From NCBI GenBank assembly GCA_964106915.2, contig OZ066919.1: 64,000 nt of DNA; one strand, written 5' to 3'. The DNA is from Podarcis gaigeae. Its lineage: Eukaryota. This document shows, piece by piece, positions 13,938 to 24,930 of the stretch (positions are counted from its first letter, which is position 1; every line of letters starts with the position of its first letter). The notes under the pieces are model-generated. The model was not told where the DNA came from. It did not search any database and worked only from the letters and a program-made list of their open reading frames with translations. The translations under genes were made by a program, and so were the position numbers.

Positions 13938-16900
13938 GTAAGCTATGACTGCTGTCACCACACCTTCCCTTTACATGGTTTATTCCAGCCAACTGGAGGC
14001 TCCAGAGCCACGTTGAGCCGTGGGGCACGAGATGTCACATCGTGCAGTGTGTTAAAATGAGGTCTACCCCTGTTAATAGTTGAACATTCAGAAGAGAGAG
14101 ATACCAATTTCATGCTTAGAATATCCTTGAATGCAAGCGGTGACCATTTTTCGTGCATCTGATTGCCATGCAACCACCAATGCCTGTGTTGCTTTTGGCC
14201 CCAGGAGGGGATGTAACAGGCTTACTTGCGACTGCTGACACGTGCAATGACCTGGAACGCAACCCCCACACAGGTGGAGAGTTGCCTGTATTTTGTGTAT
14301 GTTAACTTCCCACACACAAAGTTAGCATTGGCATACGTGACTTGAAATTGACATGTTGCTGAAATTTTGTAATGATGCACTTAGATACAAATTTGGACAC
14401 CCCCCCCCCCAATGTTAATGGCTGGGGGAGTGGGAGGATGGTGCAGTATTGCCTCTCCATTGCTGATGGTGCTCTGCTATGCCAGAGGTCCTGAGCTTCT
14501 CTCTGACAAGTGAGAAGCTTCTGCTGGTGGGTTTTCCCATTGGCAGTAAACCACAGAAAGCCTTGAAATGGGACATTGCAGGGCACCAGAGGCTGTGAGC
14601 CTGTTGGATCCAAAGCCCCACGGATTCCCACAGGGGCCAGATCCTATGGCTAGTTAATGAGCAAACCAGGATTAGGAACCATAGTTACATCTTGGTTTGT
14701 TCTCATTCAATGAATTTTAAGCAAACCACAGTTCTTGGAGTCTGAATGTTGTAGGGAACTGTGGTGTGAAATTGTATAAGAAGCTACACCAGTGGTGAAC
14801 TGGATGCGTATGGGAAACAGAAGAAGGACATGAGCACAGTAGGACTCTCCCAAGTTGTGATTCTTATTAAGTGGCAACCCACAGATTCCCAGAGTTCAGT
14901 CTGGCCAGGGCAAATGCATTGGGGCAGCATGTTATATAAATCCTAGGAATCACTCAAGGAAGTCTCTGTTTGGTTTTCATTTGTCCTTTTCCCCTGATCA
15001 GTTTTTCTCTTCTGCATTTCAGCATTTTCCTGCAAAGCTGGCGAATTCTTGGACATGAAGAACCAGTCATGCATGCCGTGTGCAGAGGGCACATATTCTC
15101 TGGGCACTGGCATCAGGTTCGATGAGTGGGATGAGCTGCCCCATGGTTTTGACAACAAAGCAACCAACCTTGAAATTGATTACAGCTACTCAGAGTCCTT
15201 GGGAAACTGCAGCATGTGAGTGAGCTTGTTGCTTTCATTTCTGCTAGAGCACATCATTATCACATAGACAGCTGATTCTAAAAGCTAAACACGTTGTTTA
15301 AGTGGGGGTGCTTGTGAATTTCTCCACAGATCCTGAGGGTCTGAATTACCCAGTCTTGTTTTTGGAGCAGTATCTTGCTAGTCTCCTGCCTTTGTTTTCC
15401 AGACTGCTGCACGTGCTCAGTTGATGCCATTCTCAATTGTAGCTTCCCCTCCCTCCTCACAGCTAGGTGATTCCCATCAGCATGTATGCATATGGATTAA
15501 ATCTCTGTGCAAAAAAGGAATCCTGATGTGGTTGCATCAAGGTTCAATTTTAAACTATGATTTAATCAATATGTATATGTGCTGGTGTGCATTAGTCACT
15601 TTAGGGGGGGGGGGGAAGAGCCATGAACTGCAAATTGAGCAATGTGCCAAGTAAAAAACTAACTTTAGAATTCTCCAAGCCAAACCAAAAGGCAGGCAAA
15701 GCAGGATGTGGAACAGAGCAACCCCAGAGAATAGTGATGGGATGGGATGGGATGGAAAAGGGAAATACTCTCTTCCCTAAGTTTGATCAGTTGCTGCACT
15801 GTGTCTATAGTAGGCCTGGCCCAAGGCGTTTTGGCATCGGAGGTTAACCACAAAATGGTGCTCCCCCATGCCAGGGAACAAGGGGGTGAGTGATTATCTA
15901 CAGCAGGGGAGGGGGAGGGGTCTTGCATGAGGAAAGAGGCCCACTCTGAATCACATTGGGCCAGTACAGAGCCAGGAGACCCTATTTGCTTCCTAGGGGT
16001 GGGAGGGCACCAACAGCACCTCCTATTTGCTGAGAGCATGCAGTGGAGGCAGCATGGTGGTAAGTTCATGTGCACCAACACCCTAGCATTTCTGACATTT
16101 GGCACTCTGTGTGTGAGTGAGAGTGTGTAAATTCTCCCAATGTGACCAGAATTCTTCACCAGGGTTAAGTAAATTAAATACATTTTGCATATATTTACTT
16201 ACTGTGCATAATTCAGTTTGCTTCCCCTAATCATAAGAGACAAAGAGGATATATAATGCATTGAATCCCCATTTCCTGCCAGCTGAAATTTTGTTTCCCC
16301 TTTGCACCTGAGATTTCACTCATTTTGCAGCCATATAGACTAGACTCTCACTTTGGTTTGGTTTTTAAAAGGAAAGCCCAGGTTCCTGACTGGTATGGTT
16401 ACACAGTGGTAAGATGCAGACAGTTGATTAAGTTTTAATTGCAATAGCAGATTCTGTCATTGCTCCCACTGAGTTATTTTGACCTGCTAATTTTTACCTA
16501 GGGAACAGATATTGTGACTTTCTCATTTTTAAGTCCAGGGATTTGTTTGCTTACAAAACAGACAGCCACTTAATTTCTAAATAAAAAAGTACATTACTAG
16601 ATTCTGACATTTTTATTGCTTTATGAATTATAGCCCCAGTAATACTGCACAGCAGTATTGGGTTTTTAAAAACATTTAAAATTAAACAGGCTTCACTGCA
16701 GAAATGTACCAGCATATTATTTTTCAGTAATTTTCTAAAGTATTGTAATGTGGTTAGTTTGTAAAATCAGTTCAAACCAGTATTTAATAGCTTTATTTTC
16801 TATTCTAATTTCTCCCCCTTGGAAGTGACAAAACTATAGGGGGTAGGAAATCAATATTTTGCAAAATGGGTACAAAGTGCTAAAGGAAAAGGAATAATTT

Positions 16901-19900
16901 TAACATTAGATGCCTTTATGTAAAGGCAAATGTGTGCCAGGGGAGCTGTGTATTATTTCTTTCATTTAAAGGCCATCTTTGAAATTTCAGTTTTTCCTTC
17001 TTAGCAGTAAAAGAAGATGGAAAAATAACTTCTACTGCAGGTTTTTAATATGAATCTCCATTCAATTTTAATGAGCACATTATTTTCCCCTCAATTTCGT
17101 CTGTCACTTCTAGTTTGCATCTTTTTAATTATGAAGAATACTATTAGTCAAATAGTATATAGAGAAGATTTGTTGTCAGTTATTTTAATTTCTCTTGACA
17201 TGCCTTGTTTTACCTTCTGCTCTGAGATCTCTGCTCAAGCAGTCCAGACCACTATATATATATCTGTCTGGGAAAGGTTTGAATGAGACATAAGTAGGCC
17301 TCCCCCAGTGAAAAACTGCCTATATTGCTTGTGGGGGGGGGACTCCACACCAGCAGAAATACATCTGCCCACCCACAGATTGCTGGGCAGGTGAAAATGC
17401 ACCCACCAGCAGCTAACCTTGTGGAGAACCCCAAAATGGGGGGCAGGATTACCCTCAGCAATGGAGACAGGAGGTGTGGTGGAAAGGGAGGGGAAAAACA
17501 CCAACCTGGGGTGAAGGCAGGGACCCAAGCTCAATAGTGCTAGGAGAGAAACCAAATCCAGATGTAATGGGAAGGAGGAAAACCAACACAGCAAACTGCA
17601 GGGAGCAAACCACTATGTTAGTGGGGGTAATGAGTGGGTTCACATCCAGGGGAGTAAGTGTTCTGGTGGGTGCCAGAGGGGCACCAAAAATTAGGAAATA
17701 GCAGCTGATGGGGCAGGCAGAGGAGCTAATAAAGGAATGAAAGATGTGGAACTGTGGTGGGAGCAAGTAGCTGGAGGAGGGGAGGAAGAGTTGCTGGGAG
17801 GGGCCCAGCCACAGGAAGAAAGGAGAAGTGGTGGAAAGCCACAGTGATTGATAGCTGGGGGTACATTCAGAAGGCTGCAGAATTCCGCAGGATTTGCTAA
17901 TGTTCTGGGCTGAAAAATCACTTGCCTGTGCAGCCTCCATCAGCCTCCCATTCCATACCCTGCCAGGGGTTTCTGCCCAGCAACATCTTCTGCCATGGGC
18001 AGCTTGTGATGGGTTGCACTGCTTTGGTGACTTTCTTATGGGATCAAGTCATGGAAGCACCAGTGTCTCATCTTCAGCTTTTTGAACACCCATTTGATCA
18101 CCACATGGGTGGTACAGTGTGCCCTATAATTTTGCCTATCTGGAGTTACAGAGAAAGTGGCACATAAGTGCATTTGAGAGGATTGGCTCCCTCTGCCTCC
18201 ACAATTGCATGACAGGTTCCACCTGCAAGCAATGGAATGACACCTTTGGTGCCATCAGGAAATGAGCCTGGGAACTAATCTGCTCTGGTGCAATATTAAT
18301 GGAGGCTTTGAACAAAGCCTTGGGGGCAGGTAAGAAGATCCTTGCCCATACCCCATCAAAGACATGGACAACAGCCAGAGTGATGTCGGTAATGTATCAG
18401 TGGCCTTGATTCCCAGGGATCTTGCAGGGGAGGTGGTGGTACAGTGCCAGCACCAGTGGAGGAAGGTGTGGCTGTGGCTGTGGCTATGGAGGCTGTCCAA
18501 CCAGCTCAGCCTCTCCCCAATGTATCCCAGAGGTGGGTGTGCATTCTCTTTGTGGATGAGTTGCATCCTTTCTGCACTCTGGTTTCAGTGAGTATGTCTC
18601 GGGAGAGTTGCCAGGCACAAAGTTCAGCACCATGGACAGCACTTGAGCTGTCTTCTGCTCACATGCATGCTGCGCCTCTGAGGCCCAGTAGCCCTCATGG
18701 ACATGGTGGTTGGCCTCCCCCTTGCTGCCTTGCTGGGCGCTGTGGCTGCCATTCAACAGGGTAGGTCTGCACAAGATCCTGAGATGCCACTGTCTCAATC
18801 ACCCAACAGACCCAGACCAGCACTTATGCCACCTATGGACCTGGACCATAGGAGACTGAGGAGAGGATGACCCTCATATGGGAATGAGAGAACAATGAAA
18901 CTCCTAAGCAGCTTGGGAGGGGGCAGGCCCAATCCAGGGAATGTTGGGGTGAATCATGGGGGCAGTACCCTCTCCAATGCTAAGGATTTGTCTTTGGAGG
19001 GCAGCAGCAGGGAGTGGAAAGGGGTAACCAGCAGTGACAGCAGGCTTTGTCTTGGGGGGTGGGTCATTGTCTGCTGGAGGTGAGGGATGCAGGAGGAATG
19101 GGAGGTGGCTTTGGAGGACGAGGCTACAGACAATTTATTTGGATGAATCAAGAGTGAACTAAGGTGCTGCAAACTTACAGATCAACTTTAGACAAGCATT
19201 CGATCAAGGAATTAAGCATATAAATCATGAAGCAGGGTTGTTAAGGTCTGGTGAATCTGTACAGATTTTTCTTTTCCTTACATGACCGCCTTAAATTAAG
19301 TTTCTCCAGCTGTGTTTGTGTCCTCCCTGCAGAAACACATCTCCTCAAATGCAATATTCCTCTAACAATAATACCTCTCAAATTCCTTGTCACTATCCTG
19401 GAGTTTTGGTTGTTCCTTTCAGAACATGAAGCTTAAGAGGGCTGTTTTGCCTGACTTGCTTTTCAGCTGGAATGTAAAGCTTCAAATCCACACTCACCAA
19501 AATTCTTTCTACTTAATTGCATCTGCACCCCACCCTTTTCCCAAGGAGTTTAGGTTGGCATACATGGCTGTCCACCCCCATTTTACCCAGCTATCCCTTA
19601 AGGTCAAGACAGTGACTTGTGCAAGGTCCACCTAGGGAACTTCATGGCTAAGTGTGGCTTTGGACCTGGTTTTCCCTGTTCCTGGTTGGATTTTTAACCA
19701 CGTTGGCTTTCAGTGCCTCTCTCCTGTGTTCTCTTCTGCACTGACAGTGATCCCACATTCACATAATTAGCACAAAGGTGCAAAGCCTTTTTAAAGATAC
19801 TGTGTGTAATGTGGGTGTGCTAATGTCTGCATATGAGTAAGGTGATGCTGAGGAGGAACCTAACCCTTACCTTTCGTTTTGGAGCAGCCTGCCAGTGCAT

Positions 19901-22900
19901 TTAATTAGAAACCATGCATCTTGGAAAATTCATGTGGCGTGCCTATATTCTTCCTTGCTGCTAGTCTGTTAATAGGAGGCAATGTAAACCTGCCCCTGTG
20001 TCTGTCTCCCCAGGTCAAGAAGGCTTAGAAGGGAACTGGAGTGGGGGCCTCCAGTTCTGAGGCAGGGATATCCAGAGCCAATGGCTCTTCATGGTCACTG
20101 GCAATGTGGAGATCTTCTGAAAGATGCTGGTCCTCTTTTGAAGAATCCAGGTCTGCAGTCTGGGCAGGGCTGACTCCTGACTCCTCTCACACATTGCACT
20201 CTACAAAGATAGGCCTGTACTGTAGCTTTCTATGTTGTCAGTAGAACAGGAGTCTCTGTTCTGGTCCATTAGTGAAGATTGGAAGCCAACATACCACCTT
20301 GATCTCAATTTAGATAGCTGTCCTAGCTGCCACAGTAGCACTAGCTGATCTCTGCCATAGCCCAGTCACCTGGAGTTGAGTCATTCCTGTTTTGAGATTA
20401 CTTGTACTTTTTAATCCTGATAGGAAAATGGATGTTAAGCCTAAAACTGTTTTAGTGAGGGTATTTTGTGAAGCCTGGATTTGAAGGGGTACAGTGTGTT
20501 AGCTCTGCTTTACAAGCTCTGGGGCTTTAAGTCTGTCCATTGGCCTCAAATGCCCTGATGAGCAGAGCCAAGGACTGCCACCTTGTTTTCCTGCCTGGTG
20601 CTTTAATCATTTTGATGCTGAAGATAAGCTAGCTGAGACTCGTCAGGCAGAAGACGTCCTTTAAAGAGTGTTTTTTGCTAAAAAACTCAACACCATGGTG
20701 CTGAAAAGTGTTTGTGCAACTTGCAAATGTAACCTACTTCTCATATCACTTAAATTATTCATCAAACTTCTAAGCACGGTTGTAGAAGCAGAGGGGCAGA
20801 TTATTACCATTGCTGGTTCGTCTCATTAAGTAAAGGTCTGTCTGGTTCCTCCAGTTTGCCTTAGATCCAGGATACCTTTCATGGAGTGGTGGCAACGATG
20901 CATGTGAAAGGTTCTGAGTTCCTCTTGCTGAAAAGAACAGGAGCAAGTGGCCTTTTTGTTTTCATAAATGTGTATGAAATCCCAAAGTATGCAGTTTATA
21001 GTATGTATTTTTAGCTTTTATCTCTCTTCTGCTGCAAAGTGAATAAGATCCTTGCATATTTTTTCCAGACTGAAAATGATGAGCTGAGGGGGAGGAATGG
21101 GCTTCACAGGCTGTGGAACACATCTGATTGATCAGGAAGTGTAATTTTGGGGGGATGGAGGGTTGTCTTAAGTCTGGAAGAAAACAGGCAGTTATAATAT
21201 GAAGGGGGGGGAGAACGGGGTTGAAGAAGAACAGATGGTAAGAGAGGCATGTGTAACTAGATGACAATGAGGACCTCACAAATACACACACACAGAGAAA
21301 GAGACTTATAGTTCTTTCCCCTCTCACCACCACCACCCACCGTGGTTTTCTCTCCTCTGCCCCTCCTTCATGCTTGTCATTTGTCAGAGAAGCTAAAGGC
21401 GCCTCTTACCTTTCATTTCCGGGAGTCTTTACAGCCACCTTCACCCCATTACTGTCTGCACATCAGCGCAGGGCAAATCAGCATTGTTACCCTTGGCCAT
21501 GTTTTCCTGCTTCCACCTCCATCCAGTTTTATCACCCAAAGTGACACTGTTTGTCATTAGAAGCAAGCATGATGATAATCACCACAATTTCTTTTATTTC
21601 TTTCTGAATTAAGTAAACTGATGATGTGTGAAATTAAACCAAGTTTCCCTTAGGGCAGCATCATCAACTTTGAGATCCTCTCTGCCCCTCTAAAGTTTGA
21701 GACCCTGCATGTTCCTCCACCGACTGCTTTGCCCGTCGTTTCCCCTTCTTGCTATGATTCTGATTTTACTCCATAGTAGGCAGAGAAACAGGGTAGGGAA
21801 GAGAACTAGGACTGGGCTAAGAGGCACAAGAGATGCATCATCTGCCCCTGTCTTGGAGCATGTGAAGGATATAGATGGAAGTTTTGGGTTAACACCCGTC
21901 CACTTTGGTTCTTACCTCTGCTTGCTGCCTTTTCATTTTCCCACTCCCTTTAATGAGAGAATAAACCGAACATCTCCAGCTTGTAAATTTGGGGTTTTCT
22001 ATTTGAATGGCATGACAGGGACATTCCGCTATCCCCCCCAAGGTTATAAGATCTGCCAAATTTCAACCAGATTGGCAAAGGGTCTCCATTTTAGTTAAGA
22101 CCCCCGCATTCCTATTTCACCTTTGCCTTACATTACAACAGATGTAAAATAAGGGTGGGTGCATTTATTTTTTCTTCTTCAGTTGCTTCAGAAATGATTG
22201 CACAAAACAGAACCTGTGCTTTGTCCCCTTGTAATTGCATATATCATTCTGCAGCCTCATGCTGTGGCCTAGCATATAATGAGAGAGTGATATACAGGGA
22301 ATATACTGACCATTGTGGAGTAGACTTGAATACGTCAGTATAAAATGCCAACATGGCTCAACTAAGTGCAGCCTGCTTAAGTGTTGTTGATCTCCAGATA
22401 AAATCAAACCTGGCACAGACTTATCTGGAGATCATGCAGTTTCTGGGCAATTTTGTATATTAGCTACAATGGTGGAACGAATCCTTCATAAATATTACAC
22501 CCATATTTCAGTGGAGACGTAACATCTGGCATTTGTGCTTTTAGCTTTCTTACCCATCTCTCCTGTTAATGTAACTCTCTTGTAATGTTTAGGGAGTGTC
22601 TGTTCCCTGGAACTGTACAGTAGCACTCCCTTAACGGCTGGGCTTTTCTCTTTGTTCTGTTCCAGGTCAACGTGGAGTCTTAAGGGAGATTACATTGCCT
22701 CCAACACAGATGAGTGCACAGCCACTCTGGTGTATGCTGTTAATCTGAAGCAATCTGGCACCGTCTCCTTTGAGTATATCTACCCAGACAGCAGCATCGT
22801 CTTTGAGTTCTTTGTATGTTTCCTATAACTCAATCTACCTTGCTAATATTGCTTGCAAAGTGAGGGAGGATTTCTTCTGGGCACTGTCTTTACCTATATG

Positions 22901-24887
22901 ACCACCTCTGCACTAGTTTTCACTTTCTGGGCCTATCTGAAAAATGAGTGTTGCATCTTGTTGCAGTCAAGGACAAGGATTCCTGGTATTTAAACCAGAA
23001 AACATGGAAGGAGGTTCGTTTTTGTGTTGCTGGCAGTTCATTTAGCCTCCCACTGAACTGTTCCTTCTTGGACTTCATCTGGTGACAAATGAATTTTGGC
23101 AGCAGTTATTTTTGCAGTCCTTTCAAGATACAGTGGTTTCCCTTCTTTAGCGCTTCAAAGATAATGATGCTCATTTAAAACCAACAGCATTATTACTTTG
23201 GCATCTCTTCTCCTCCCTATTCACTACAATACAGTAGCCAAGAAGACTTTCCCAACATTTATACCATCTCCAGGACCATTAACATATACCACTGTGTTCT
23301 TTAAAGTGCACTTCAGATAACTTAACAACTCTGAAGTGTATTGAGGTGCATTTTATCACAATGTCTTTCATAGAAGTGGCTCTTCCTCTACTTTGCTTTA
23401 AGAAAGTGGGTAGATACAGGAATGGTTGCCTTGAGTGCCAAAATGGACACAAAACCATTTAACTTCTTAAAATTCTCTGAACAATGTGCTCTAGGTTTGC
23501 TGCTGGAGGATTAGTTAGGGCACTTTCTCCATCTTGTACTTTGTAGGAGCGCAGAAAAACAGCAGCCTATTTTTCCAGCCTTTAAAGCTATGCATACATT
23601 CTCTCTACACTACAGCATTTGAACTTGGTCCTACAAAAGAGTTTTGCCCTCCAGCAGCAAAAATGTTAATTTTACTGTGATATCTTAATTTGACTACTAC
23701 AAATCAACTTATTTACCCCGTGCATCCTCATCCCAGGTTCTCATTTGTTGCAGATTCAGAATGACCAGTGCCAGCCAACTGTAGAGGAGTCACGATGGAT
23801 GAGAACCACAGAGAAAGGGTGGGAGACACACACTGTAAGTGCACAGAGCTCCTTAACTGTGCTTATGGCCTGCAGGGGCTTGGAGAAGGAGACCTGTGTG
23901 TGCTTCTGGGACTCAGTACTGAAGTCCCAAACGGTACAGCCTTTCAGTATCAGCTGGGACTTGAACTGTCTGTGCTTTGAACATTTGCAGGTGGAGCTGA
24001 GTCAGGGCAACAATGTTCTGTTTTGGAGAACGACAGCCTTCTCTGTGTGGTCCAAAACTCCCAAGCCTGTGTTGGTGAGGAACATTGAGATTACAGGTTT
24101 GTGTTTGGTTGGTGCATGTCTCAGGTCTGATGCCACTATGCAAGCTGTCGTTGTGCCCAGCAGCGGCTAAAAGGTTTTCCCCCCCTCTCTTGCACTGCTA
24201 TCCAACCTCACCTCTTTCCTCCCCCCTGTTCCCTAGGAGTAGCCTTCACTTCTGAATGCTTTCCCTGCAAGGCAGGCACCTACACAGCCAAATTAGGTTC
24301 TTCCTTCTGCCAGCCATGTCCAGCAAACTCCTACTCCAGCAAAACAGCTACTTCCTGCCACCAGTGCGAGCCAGCAATGTACTCAGGTAAGCACCTTAGC
24401 TAATTATCGGAAAACTTATGAAGGAGGCTGATTTATGACTTTGGAGTATAGGAAGCTGCTTTTATATGGAGTCCATCTTGCTCAATATTGTCTACACTGA
24501 CTGGCAGTGGCTCTCCAGGGTTTCAGGCAGGAGTCTCTCCCAGCCCTACCTGGGGATGCTGGGGATTGAACTTGGGACCTTCTGTATGCAAGGCAGGGGC
24601 AGTACCACTGAGCTATGGTCTATTCCTATAGCTTTAGTAAGCAAAAGTATCCCATATACCCAGCCGTTTGCCCAGCTTCCAGTTGAATATGCTACCTAAA
24701 CCTTCCTGCCAGCTTAGAACCCATTGCGCCTGCTCCGACAAAGAAAATCCAATTGCTCTCCTTTCTCCTCTTCAAAAATGTAATTAATGTAGCCATGTTC
24801 TTTCCCCTGTTTCTGTAAGAGGCTAAGTCTGCAGTGTTGGGTACTGATTTTGCTCTGGCTTGTAATGATTTGGCATCAACCCTCTGA

Positions 24888-24930
<43 letters not shown>

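Larger units (their letters stand above)
12426..20927 (-). pseudogene. Putative antisense multi-exon gene relic or lncRNA interleaved with ELAPOR1
   Basis: Phase-compatible AG/GT-bounded segments 20927-20808, 20416-19871, 19326-19179, 17263-17214 and 12761-12685, then AATAAA at 12431-12426; 6 internal stops; no recognised homolog. Confidence 0.3.

Noticed and set aside
16203-16226. 24-nt minus-strand microexon with good splice sites
   Set aside because: It has a stop in the phase needed after segment D; such short AG/GT pairs are common by chance.
21410-21847. 438-nt phase 1-1 minus-strand segment as a further exon of the antisense chain
   Set aside because: It has six stops in 145 codons, close to random, and would need a 68-nt upstream intron; only the donor is convincing.
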